The notes: a model not told the origin generated them from the sequence alone. A DNA stretch of 11,630 nucleotides from Methanobacteriota archaeon (GCA_043820925.1 JBDRDL010000005.1:1-11630); one strand, 5' to 3'; shown: positions 1-7,973, counted from the first letter of the stretch. Numbers and translations are program-made.

Positions 1-822
1 ACCTCTGTTATGATAGCGGTATCCGGAGGTTTCAGGGTCTATGTAGCTTTCTTGTTGTTGGGCGTCAAGCCGGAAGTAACTATATGCCTCGCAATGATTT
101 TGATAACTTATGCTACCTATACCTTGGATAGAGCAGTAAAAACTAAGGAGGATGAGATTAACCGCAGGGGAGAAGAGAGCGCAAAGAGAAGTCTTGCCCT
201 TCTTGTAGTGGGCGCTTCCCTATTAGTCGCTATTTTAATTCTGATTAAGCAGGGAATTTCTCCTCTCATAGCCTTCTTCCCGTTTATGATAGGCTTTGCG
301 TACAGCAAGGGTATTAAGATTGGGAAGATTTCGCTTAAGCTGAAGAGGAGCTTGGGAATAAAGAATATAGTAGTAGCATTCACTTGGGCTTCCACTATCT
401 GTGCCTTAATATACTCTTGGGCCGGGAGTTATTTGCAGCTGCTCTTGATTTTTGCTTTCTTCTTCCTCAAGAGTTTCATAAATACTGTGATATGCGACTG
501 CAGGGATGTAAAGGGAGATTCGCTGGCAGGCTTGACCACGCTTCCGGTATACTTTGGGGAAGCAAGGACTAAGATGATTCTCCAGCTCCTCCACTCCTCC
601 TTTCATTTAAGCGTAATAGCTCTTATTCTTCTAAAATTAATCGAATTCGAAACGATTATTCTGCTTTACAGCTGGATGGCAGGCATGATTTATATTCCCC
701 TATATGCCAACAGCAAAAAGACAATTTTCAGGAGCGCAGTAGTTCACGGGGAGTGGGTGCACATGCTCATGTTCAGAAGTATTGCGATTCAACTTTCTCG
801 GAGCGCTTCTCATAGTAGCTGA
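1..822 (+). CDS. UbiA-family prenyltransferase (membrane); frame is open to the window edge, probably 5'-truncated
   Basis: Multi-TM protein with TYTLDRAVKTKEDEINR (degenerate first Asp-rich motif), AYS...LKR..GIKNIVVAFTWA and NTVICDCRDVKGDSLAGLTTLPVYFG (second Asp-rich motif). Codons ACC TCT GTT precede ATG 10 with no stop. Confidence 0.85.
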   Translation, partial: TSVMIAVSGGFRVYVAFLLLGVKPEVTICLAMILITYATYTLDRAVKTKEDEINRRGEESAKRSLALLVVGASLLVAILILIKQGISPLIAFFPFMIGFAYSKGIKIGKISLKLKRSLGIKNIVVAFTWASTICALIYSWAGSYLQLLLIFAFFFLKSFINTVICDCRDVKGDSLAGLTTLPVYFGEARTKMILQLLHSSFHLSVIALILLKLIEFETIILLYSWMAGMIYIPLYANSKKTIFRSAVVHGEWVHMLMFRSIAIQLSRSASHSS

Positions 823-1579
823 ACAAATCCTCGCCCCATTTTAAAGCAGATTTTTCACTGCTTATGATGTTCCTATAGAAGTCGTATTCGCCACTTTTCA
901 AGAACAGTCTCATTGAGAGGAAGAAATCTGTTACAGTGAAGGCAACTTTAATTTCCTCCTCGCATACCATCATTTTTACATTTTTGTATTTCAGAAAAGT
1001 CTCCAGTTCTCTTCTGTGCTCTCTCTTTATGCCTTCTAAAACATTTCTTGTTAGTATAAGCGATACGTTTGCTCCGTTTTCAGCTAGGATAAGAAACGCC
1101 TTTGGATACTCGGGATGCAGCACTGGAGAAACTCCTCTTATCCATTTTGATTTTAGGAGATTTTTTATATATTCGTCATGGGGTTTAAAAATCTCGGTTG
1201 GAGTGCTCCTGAAAATTTTGTAATCTCCTAGTTCGTGGATTCGCAGGCGAAATTCCTCCGGAATTCCGGAGATTTCGTGCTCTTTCCAGAATTCTTCATT
1301 TTCTTCAAACGCATTTAATGTCTTAACAAATTGATTGAAAGATTCAGCTATTACGCTTCCAATTTCTGTCAGAGCGTACTTCTTATTTGTCCGACAGATT
1401 AAATTCTTCTTTTCCATCTTTCTGATTTGCGGCAGTACGCCAGAAGCTGTAACTTGCAGAGAACTTCTAATTTCCTCTAGAGTTTTTGGTCCGTCTCGCA
1501 ATAGCAGGAAAAGATTCCTTCTTTTCTCAGAAAGGGTAAGAATGTCTAATAATTTTGGCTTTCTTTCAACTTCCGCCAT
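773..1579 (-). CDS. Winged-HTH (ArsR-like) transcriptional regulator with FilR1 middle / DUF1724 domain
   Basis: N-terminal LSEKRRNLFLLLRDGPKTLEEIRSSLQVTASGVLPQIRKME wHTH; FWKEHEISGIPEEF, AFTVTDFFLSMRLF and SALKWGEDLFSYY are typical of euryarchaeal DUF1724 proteins; purine-rich RBS GGGGGCGAG upstream. Confidence 0.88.
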   Translation of the reverse strand: MAEVERKPKLLDILTLSEKRRNLFLLLRDGPKTLEEIRSSLQVTASGVLPQIRKMEKKNLICRTNKKYALTEIGSVIAESFNQFVKTLNAFEENEEFWKEHEISGIPEEFRLRIHELGDYKIFRSTPTEIFKPHDEYIKNLLKSKWIRGVSPVLHPEYPKAFLILAENGANVSLILTRNVLEGIKREHRRELETFLKYKNVKMMVCEEEIKVAFTVTDFFLSMRLFLKSGEYDFYRNIISSEKSALKWGEDLFSYYEKRSEKVESQYF

Positions 1580-1627
1580 TACTCGCCCCCATGTTTATTT
1601 AGAGTTTTTACTAATAAATCTTCCTTA

Positions 1628-1645
1628 TGAAAATTTTAATTTTCA
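1628..1645. promoter_or_regulatory. Inverted repeat TGAAAATT-N2-AATTTTCA upstream of the regulator gene; candidate operator
   Basis: Perfect 8-bp arms at 1628-1635 and 1638-1645 in the intergenic gap, next to a T6 run on the minus strand. Confidence 0.35.
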
Positions 1646-1650
1646 AAAAA

Positions 1651-2148
1651 TTACTTTATCCTATTCCCGCAGTACGGGCAGAATTTTCCATCGCCCGGAA
1701 TCTCTTTCTTGCAGTTTTCGCAGTCTACAACGCTGAAGAATTTTATCTTTACTGGCCTTCTTGCTATTGATCGAATTTTCTGCGTCGCTTGCAAGTATGT
1801 TCCGCTATTCTTTACCATAAGCTCAAAATTCCTGTACCGCTCCATTCTCCTCAAGATATTTTTTATGAGCATTCCAAGAATTTTTGAAAGAACGGCGGCG
1901 ATAAAATTATATACATTTGAAATAACCGGCAGGGAAAGTATAAACCCGATGAAGAGCAGCGCAGCATTTAAAAAAATCGCAAGAATGCCGGTTACGTAGC
2001 TGAAAATCAGGATAAAAATTCCGATGAGCTTAGAGGAAATTTCCCTTGGAATACCGTCTCCAAATAAATATGCAAGGAAGAGGAAAAACACGGCAGCGAA
2101 AATTAAAATCAATCTTTGAGTTGTAATGTGCAGGCTTGTCATATGCAT
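1651..2148 (-). CDS. Hypothetical membrane protein with C-terminal zinc ribbon
   Basis: About 3 hydrophobic segments in the N-terminal half; C-terminal CENC-x10-CPYCG (KFCPYCG zinc-ribbon signature). Confidence 0.75.
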   Translation of the reverse strand: MHMTSLHITTQRLILIFAAVFFLFLAYLFGDGIPREISSKLIGIFILIFSYVTGILAIFLNAALLFIGFILSLPVISNVYNFIAAVLSKILGMLIKNILRRMERYRNFELMVKNSGTYLQATQKIRSIARRPVKIKFFSVVDCENCKKEIPGDGKFCPYCGNRIK

Positions 2149-2305
2149 ATCTCTACCCTATCGTACGTGTTAGTTACATAAAACTTTTCACGTGCTCTTT
2201 AGAAGAATTAATATACAACGAATCCGCAAGTATATAAATAAAAGAGTCATGCTCCTTTCTTCGAAATTTCAGAAATGGAGATAGATACTAATAACATATA
2301 CCTAC

Positions 2306-2728
2306 GTGATTTTGATGGAGGACCAAACTGGTAGATCAAAACAAGATAGTTTGACTATGAGCGATTGGTTAGCATTCCTAGAAACCCGATCCAGTAACTA
2401 TATTGCGGCCATGGCACTAGGAGCTAGCATTCTAGCTATTACAGCAGTTGCGTTAAGCTTTTTAGGAGAGGATATCCAACAACTTGTTGGATTACCTGGT
2501 CTAGCAATATTATTTATTTTGCTTGGAATAGCTCTACTTATTATATTACTCACCGACAAACTTGCAGGCGCCTCTTTAGCGGTGGACGCCTCAGAGGCTA
2601 AAAGGATTTCTGATATGATCACAGAGGGGAGGAAAATTAAGACCGTTGAGGATGTAAAAAGAGAGTGGAAGAATAGAGCTAAAAGCTTGAGGCAATTGAT
2701 AGAAAAGAGAAAACAATTACGAAATTAA
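2306..2728 (+). CDS. Hypothetical membrane protein (2 TM); start may be ATG 2315
   Basis: 140-aa ORF with two hydrophobic stretches and a charged C-terminal tail; TATATAAATA at 2231-2240 upstream. Confidence 0.6.
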   Translation: MILMEDQTGRSKQDSLTMSDWLAFLETRSSNYIAAMALGASILAITAVALSFLGEDIQQLVGLPGLAILFILLGIALLIILLTDKLAGASLAVDASEAKRISDMITEGRKIKTVEDVKREWKNRAKSLRQLIEKRKQLRN

Positions 2729-2818
2729 GTCTAGATTTATTGAATAAGTAGATAATTCAAAATTGAGGTGTATCACTAAACTAAAACACCCTATCCTATT
2801 TATAAAGGAATTACTAAA

Positions 2819-4495
2819 ATGAAAGGCATGAGGGAAGTAATCTACAAGCATGCTTTGAAAAACGCTCTCGACTACGGCAGGGCGGACTCAAGGGCAGTTC
2901 TCGGCAAGGTTCTGGCAGAGCTTCCAGAGATGCGAAAAAAAGTGAATGAAATTTTGCCTGCCGTCGAGGAAGTTATACGTGAAGTAAATTCACTGCCCAA
3001 GGAAAAACTGAGCGAGGAGATTAAGAAGTACGAGTTCATTGAAAAAAAAGAGAAGAGGACTGAGCTTCCAGAGCTGCCAAATGCAGAAAACGTTGTTCTG
3101 CGCTTCGCTCCAAACCCGAGCGGACCTTTGCATATAGGGCATTGCAGAGCGGCGATTCTAAACGACGAATATGCTAAGAAATACAACGGAAAATTCATAC
3201 TGCGCCTGGAAGATACCGACCCTGCGAGGGTTGACCCACGGGCTTACGACCTTATACTTCACGACCTCGAGTGGCTCGGCGCCTCCATCGACGAAATAGT
3301 CATTCAGTCTGACAGGCTGGAGGTATACTACGAATATGCAAAAAAGCTCATTGAAATCGGCGCTGCATACGTTTGCACCTGCCCGCAGGAAGAATTTCGG
3401 AAGCTGAGGAACAGCGGCGCAGCGTGCAAGTGCAGGGAAAATAGCGCAGCAGAAAACCTGAGAAGATTCGCCAAAATGTTCAAAGAGTACAAAGAAGGAG
3501 AAGCAGTCGTCAGGGTGAAGACTGATTTGAAGCTGCCTGACCCTGCGATGCGCGACTTTGTAATTCTGCGCATAACCGATGAACCCCATCCAAGAGTACA
3601 CAGAAGAGTTTACCCGCTTTACAACTTCTCGGTAGCCGTGGACGACCATCTCATGAACGTTACGCACGTTTTGCGGGGTAAAGACCACATAATTAACACC
3701 AGAAAGCAGGAGTTCATTTACGATTACTTCGGCTGGAAAAAGCCGGAGTTTATCCACTACGGACTGTTAAAAATCGAAGGTCTGGAATTAAGCACCTCGC
3801 TCATGGCCAAGGGAATAAAGGAAGGCATTTATTCGGACTGGAGCGATGTTAGACTGGGCACGCTGCTTGCGATGAAGAGGCGGGGAATCCAGCCTGAAAC
3901 GATCCGAAAAGCTATGTTAGATGTCGGAATAAAAGATACAGACATAAGCTTCAGCTGGAAGAATCTATATGCTTACAACAGGGGGATAATCGAGCCGAAA
4001 GCAAATCGTTACTTCTTCGTATCCTCGCCGAGGGAATTGCTCGTAGAAGGCTGCGCTGATAAAACAGTCTATGCCCCACTGCATCCAGACTTTCCAGAGA
4101 GGGGGAAGAGAAAGTTAGAGATAAAAACAGAGCAGAAAAAAGCCAGAGTTTATATCTCGCAGCAGGATTTCGAGGCTTTCAAAATCGGAGAAGTCGTCAG
4201 GCTCATGGAAGCTTTCAACGTCGAAATTTTGTGGATAGAGGAGAATAAAGTATTCGCAAAATTTCACAGCGATGGCCTGGAGGAGGCAAGAAGAAGAAAG
4301 GCGAAGCTTGTCCACTGGGTTCCTGGAGAGAACGTAAGGGTCAGGGTTATCGCTCCAGAAGGAGGAATTGAAGGGCTGGGCGAAGCAAATATAAGAAATT
4401 TAAGAGCAGGAGATATAGTGCAGTTCGAGAGATTCGGCTTTGTTCGAATAGACGAAGCTCAAAAAGAGACAGTGGCGTACTTTGCACACAAATAG
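2819..4495 (+). CDS. gltX: Glutamate--tRNA ligase (archaeal type)
   Basis: RFAPNPSGPLHIGH (HIGH motif), LRLEDTDP, CTC...CKCR zinc site, THVLRGKDH, LSTS (KMSKS equivalent), C-terminal VQFERFGFVRID. Confidence 0.98.
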   Translation: MKGMREVIYKHALKNALDYGRADSRAVLGKVLAELPEMRKKVNEILPAVEEVIREVNSLPKEKLSEEIKKYEFIEKKEKRTELPELPNAENVVLRFAPNPSGPLHIGHCRAAILNDEYAKKYNGKFILRLEDTDPARVDPRAYDLILHDLEWLGASIDEIVIQSDRLEVYYEYAKKLIEIGAAYVCTCPQEEFRKLRNSGAACKCRENSAAENLRRFAKMFKEYKEGEAVVRVKTDLKLPDPAMRDFVILRITDEPHPRVHRRVYPLYNFSVAVDDHLMNVTHVLRGKDHIINTRKQEFIYDYFGWKKPEFIHYGLLKIEGLELSTSLMAKGIKEGIYSDWSDVRLGTLLAMKRRGIQPETIRKAMLDVGIKDTDISFSWKNLYAYNRGIIEPKANRYFFVSSPRELLVEGCADKTVYAPLHPDFPERGKRKLEIKTEQKKARVYISQQDFEAFKIGEVVRLMEAFNVEILWIEENKVFAKFHSDGLEEARRRKAKLVHWVPGENVRVRVIAPEGGIEGLGEANIRNLRAGDIVQFERFGFVRIDEAQKETVAYFAHK

Positions 4496-5305
4496 TTATA
4501 GCGTTGCAATCTTTGGTATTCGCAGCTTGTGCTTGTTTTTTTCCATTCTTTCTTTAAGCCTATGCACGAGTTTTGTTTGAATGCCGAGCTTTTTAACCAC
4601 CTGCTTCGGCTTCAGTTTTTCTTCCACCAAGCTGTAGAGAATTTTATCTATCTCCTCGTAGGCAGCGCCCAATTCCTGCTCATCTGCTTGCCCCTTCCAC
4701 AATCCTGCACTCGGCACTTTCTCTATGATTTTTTTGTCTATGCCGACGTAGAGGGCGAGCTGCCTCACCTGCGTTTTATATAAATCCCCTATTGGTAAGA
4801 GGTCGCAGCCTCCGTCGCCGTACTTGGTGAAGTAGCCCAGCAGCAGCTCTGTCTTGTTTCCGGTGCCCAGGACAAGTTTATTGCTCAAGTTAGCAGCGAG
4901 GTAGTTGAAAATCATTCTCACCCTGGGTTTTACATTCCCCCAAGCAACTTTTTCTGCTTTGCTGCCGTGCTTTATTTTTGGAATTTTTTTTTCAAATGCG
5001 TGCATTACATTATTTATTTCTATTACCTCATAACCAATGCCGAGCTCTTTCGCAAGTTTTGCAGCATCTTCCAAATCTTTTGGGTCGCTTACTCCTTCCT
5101 CAGGCATGAGAAGCGCATACAAACGATTCCCCAGCGCCTTGCCGGCAAGCTTCGCAACGAGAGAAGAGTCTATGCCCCCGCTCAGCGCCACAACCGCTCC
5201 ACTGGCTTTTGCGCTCTCTACTTCAGAGCTGATGAAATTTATTATTTTTTTCCTGCAGCGCTCTAACTCCCTTTCACCGAGCCTCAAACCCATACTACCA
5301 ACCAT
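4496..5305 (-). CDS. nadE: NH3-dependent NAD+ synthetase; start may be ATG 5293
   Basis: ALSGGIDSS, GNVKPRVRM, LGTGNKTELLLGYFTKYGDGG, PIGDLYKTQVR, PSAGLWKGQADEQELG, HKLRIP; no glutaminase domain. Confidence 0.97.
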   Translation of the reverse strand: MVGSMGLRLGERELERCRKKIINFISSEVESAKASGAVVALSGGIDSSLVAKLAGKALGNRLYALLMPEEGVSDPKDLEDAAKLAKELGIGYEVIEINNVMHAFEKKIPKIKHGSKAEKVAWGNVKPRVRMIFNYLAANLSNKLVLGTGNKTELLLGYFTKYGDGGCDLLPIGDLYKTQVRQLALYVGIDKKIIEKVPSAGLWKGQADEQELGAAYEEIDKILYSLVEEKLKPKQVVKKLGIQTKLVHRLKERMEKNKHKLRIPKIATL

Positions 5306-5350
5306 ATTTTTATATATGCACTGCTTAAATAATTATTTGGAGAATTTCGG
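5306..5350. promoter_or_regulatory. Compact divergent promoter region for nadE and oapA/arvA
   Basis: 45-bp AT-rich gap with TTTATATA (5309-5316, + strand), TTTAAG (5329-5324, - strand) and palindrome AAATAATTATTT (5327-5338). Confidence 0.55.
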
Positions 5351-5971
5351 ATGTTCGGAAGATGGTTTAAAAAAATTTTCAATATATTCAAGAAAAAGAA
5401 GGTAATTCAACTCGGCTTTTACGGTCCTGTCAATGCCGGAAAAACTACCCTCGCTAACAAGATTTCCATGGACTGGTTGGGGAAGGAGGTCGGTGTCGTT
5501 TCTGAGATACCGCATGAAACAAGACACGTGCAAAAAATCGAGAACGTTGTGGTAAAGACGGACAACGGCGAGCTGAACATGAACCTCGTGGACATGCCTG
5601 GCATTGCGACGCAAGTAGACTACAGGACTTTCGGTGCTTACGGGCTGAGCGAGGAGGAAGCCAAGGAGAGAGCCAAGGAAGCCACGAAGGGAGTTATCGA
5701 GGCAATAAAGTGGCTGGACAATGTGGATGCTGTTCTCGTCGTTATGGATTCGGCTGATGACCCCTATACCCAGGTAAATATAACAATCATCGGAAACCTC
5801 GAAGCAAGAGGCATACCGACGATTATTGTAGCAAATAAAATAGACCTGCCGAATTCCTCGCCCTCCAGCATAGAGAATGCGTTTCCGCAGCACGTCGTAA
5901 TACCGGTATCAGCAGCCACTGGAGAAAATATCGAAAAGCTCTACGCCACCATACAGGAGCGCCTGGGTTAG
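5351..5971 (+). CDS. oapA: Era-like small GTPase OapA/ArvA (archaeal vesiculating GTPase family)
   Basis: G1 GPVNAGKT, G2 PHETR, G3 DMPG, G4 NKID, G5 VSA; family signature RAKEATKGVIEAIKWL...DPYTQVN; followed by DUF2073-like and Zn-ribbon genes. Confidence 0.92.
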   Translation: MFGRWFKKIFNIFKKKKVIQLGFYGPVNAGKTTLANKISMDWLGKEVGVVSEIPHETRHVQKIENVVVKTDNGELNMNLVDMPGIATQVDYRTFGAYGLSEEEAKERAKEATKGVIEAIKWLDNVDAVLVVMDSADDPYTQVNITIIGNLEARGIPTIIVANKIDLPNSSPSSIENAFPQHVVIPVSAATGENIEKLYATIQERLG

Positions 5972-6155
5972 GTGAGAAAAATGGAGACGACAGCAACCGT
6001 CAAAACCGCTTGCGAAGCAAGTTCGCAAGTCTTGCGCCCAGCTAACGCTGACGATTTACGTCGTGCTATTTCGCTGCGCTCAATAGCACATAATTCTTTT
6101 GGGGTGATAGACCTTTTCTTCTTAAGAAAAGGGTTATAGGTGATAAAAATGGAGA
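5969..6155 (+). repeat. 19-bp imperfect direct repeat TAGGTGA(G/T)AAAAATGGAGA at 5969-5987 and 6137-6155
   Basis: 18/19 identity read directly from the sequence; copies are 168 bp apart. Confidence 0.85.
5981..6139 (+). CDS. Putative 52-aa small ORF (METTATVKTACEASSQVLRPANADDLRRAISLRSIAHNSFGVIDLFFLRKGL), not in the ORF track
   Basis: GGTGA RBS at 5971-5975, 5 nt before ATG; fills the arvA-arvB gap exactly. No recognisable family; may be a by-product of an insertion. Confidence 0.4.
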   Translation: METTATVKTACEASSQVLRPANADDLRRAISLRSIAHNSFGVIDLFFLRKGL

Positions 6156-6568
6156 TACAGCTGGACTTCATATCCTCAGATTCTCTTTCCACAAAGAGTT
6201 CTCTGGAGAAAATCGATTTAATACTAAACAGAATAAAAAAGAACGTCATAGTCGTGCTGGAGGAGGGGCTCACTCCGTTAGAAGAGACAGAACTCATAGA
6301 GGCGACGATGCGGGAAATTGATGCCAAGGATTTTCACGGCATCGAATTCTACAGGATAGACCACAAGGCCAGGAGGCTGAGAGAGAAAATCGCTAATTAC
6401 ATTGCTGGAAAAAAAATGGGCATGACTATCGTAGGTCCGACGAGAGTGGTCGAGGCTATAAAGAGGGAGCCGGACTGCATATCCATGCTCGCAAGAGGGG
6501 GTGAAGAGTTATCCACAAGTGCACAAGGTGCGGGAAAATCTACGAAAAAGGCTCGGAAGCCCTCCTGA
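6149..6568 (+). CDS. oapB: OapB/ArvB (DUF2073) protein
   Basis: EKIDLIL...IVVLEEGLTPLEETELIEATMREID...FHGIE and MTIVGP signatures; GGTGA at 6139-6143 favours ATG 6149 over GTG 6140. Confidence 0.9.
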   Translation: MEIQLDFISSDSLSTKSSLEKIDLILNRIKKNVIVVLEEGLTPLEETELIEATMREIDAKDFHGIEFYRIDHKARRLREKIANYIAGKKMGMTIVGPTRVVEAIKREPDCISMLARGGEELSTSAQGAGKSTKKARKPS

Positions 6569-6825
6569 AAGGCTGCGAATGCGGCAACAGGCTTTTTTTG
6601 TATTTCAGGAAGATTTCTGATAGTAAGGCTTCTGAATTAAAGAGCAAGGGTGCTGCCAGAGAAATAAAACCAGACATATGGAATATAAAGGTGAAGAACG
6701 GTGTTTATGATATCGACATCGCTTCCCTGATGAAAGACGAGCCTGTCATAGTTGCTGGCGACGAGGGCAGATACATACTCAGCTTATCTTCTGTATTCAA
6801 AAAAGGAAAGAGGATTAAAAAATGA
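6508..6825 (+). CDS. oapC: OapC/ArvC (DUF2072) zinc-ribbon protein; true start upstream of the tracked ORF, at a non-canonical codon (GTT 6508 or ATC 6511)
   Basis: Frame reads VIHKCTRCGKIYEKGSEALLKGCECGNRLFLYFRK...IKVKNGVYDIDIASL...EGRYILSL. In-frame TGA at 6502-6504; RBS GGGGGTGA at 6497-6504. Confidence 0.85.
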   Translation, partial: VIHKCTRCGKIYEKGSEALLKGCECGNRLFLYFRKISDSKASELKSKGAAREIKPDIWNIKVKNGVYDIDIASLMKDEPVIVAGDEGRYILSLSSVFKKGKRIKK

Positions 6826-7856
6826 AAATCACGGGGGTAATCTTTGCCGGCGGTTACGGCAAGCGTTTGATGCCTATAACCGAGAAGACTCCAAAACCGC
6901 TGCTTGAGCTGAGGGAAGAGTATACCATCTTAGATAAACAGGTATCTGATTTTAAATATGCAGGAATAAGCAAAGTTTATCTCCTCATAGGTCATCTCGG
7001 TGATAAAATTAAGGCACGTCTGGGCAGCAAATATAACGGCGTGAGCATAAAATACCTCGAAGAAGACAAGCCACGGGGGACGCTGTGGGCGCTGAACAAC
7101 GCCTTGAGAGCCATTAAAGAAGACATTTCCGTAAGGAAGCTTCCTATCGGAATCGTAGTGAGAAACGGCGATGTGGTAACTGACATAAATATAAAAAATT
7201 TAATCAAGGTGGCGCAGAAGAACAATGACCTGATAACGATAGCAGTTACTAAGATGCAGAGCCCCTACGGAATCATAGAATTTGCTGACCGCAAGATTAC
7301 TTCTTTTAAAGAAAAGCCAACGCTAGAGCTTTACATAAATGCAGGCATTTATTACATAAAGAAAGGGGCATTTCCCTACTTCGCAAAGGAGTACGACAGA
7401 AGAGAAATAGAGCACACCGTATTCCCTGAGCTTGTCGAGGAAAGGAAAATTGCGCCCTACTACGAGAACTGCTTCTGGCGCAGCATAGACGGCATAAAGG
7501 ATTTGGAGGCAGTAAGAAAAGAATACGAGAACAAGCAAGACAAGCCGTGGGGCTATGAGAAGACAATGGTCAACAACGAGAAGTATTTAGTCAAGGAGCT
7601 CTACATAAAGAAAGACTTCAAAACCTCGCTGCACTATCATCCAAATAAAGACGAATCGCTGCATGTACTCGAGGGCGAGGGATATATAGATTTTGAGAAT
7701 AAAAGAATCAGCGCAAATGCCGGAAGCGTAGTAAGAATAGAGCCAAAGAAAATACATTCAATCGTCGCAGTCGAAAATCTCAGAATTTACGAATATTCCA
7801 CGCCTCACCCGGACGATACCGTCAGAGTAAAAGACTATTACGGGCGCAGGAAGTAG
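6822..7856 (+). CDS. Sugar-phosphate nucleotidyltransferase with C-terminal cupin (type II phosphomannose-isomerase-like) domain
   Basis: IFAGGYGKRLMPITEKTPKPL, NGDVVTD, FKEKP, INAGIY, WRSID; then KPWGYE...SLHYHPNKDESLHVLEG...H cupin motif. ATGA overlap with the oapC stop. Confidence 0.85.
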   Translation: MKITGVIFAGGYGKRLMPITEKTPKPLLELREEYTILDKQVSDFKYAGISKVYLLIGHLGDKIKARLGSKYNGVSIKYLEEDKPRGTLWALNNALRAIKEDISVRKLPIGIVVRNGDVVTDINIKNLIKVAQKNNDLITIAVTKMQSPYGIIEFADRKITSFKEKPTLELYINAGIYYIKKGAFPYFAKEYDRREIEHTVFPELVEERKIAPYYENCFWRSIDGIKDLEAVRKEYENKQDKPWGYEKTMVNNEKYLVKELYIKKDFKTSLHYHPNKDESLHVLEGEGYIDFENKRISANAGSVVRIEPKKIHSIVAVENLRIYEYSTPHPDDTVRVKDYYGRRK

Positions 7857-7973
7857 GGAGCAGGCTAAAGCTGCCGTACAAGCATTTGTTCTACGTGCAC
7901 ATTCAGGGTTTGCAGAGCGCCTGCGAGGAAAGAGGTAGCACCTCAGCCGGCTGTTTAATTTTTTTGCTGAATG

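Noticed and set aside
3158..3757. Long antisense ORFs (3158-3757, 5333-5893, 5968-6327, 1335-1736, 10758-11111 and similar)
   Set aside because: They shadow well-supported genes on the opposite strand and show no motifs or RBS.
5306..5350. Replication origin (oriC) next to oapABC, as in haloarchaea
   Set aside because: The gap is only 45 bp, I see no repeated ORB/G-string elements, and there is no cdc6/orc1 gene in the window.
7857..7973. tRNA or attachment site at the core/accessory boundary
   Set aside because: No cloverleaf or T-loop consensus, no matching direct repeat found, and no integrase in the window; only a T7 run that may act as a terminator.
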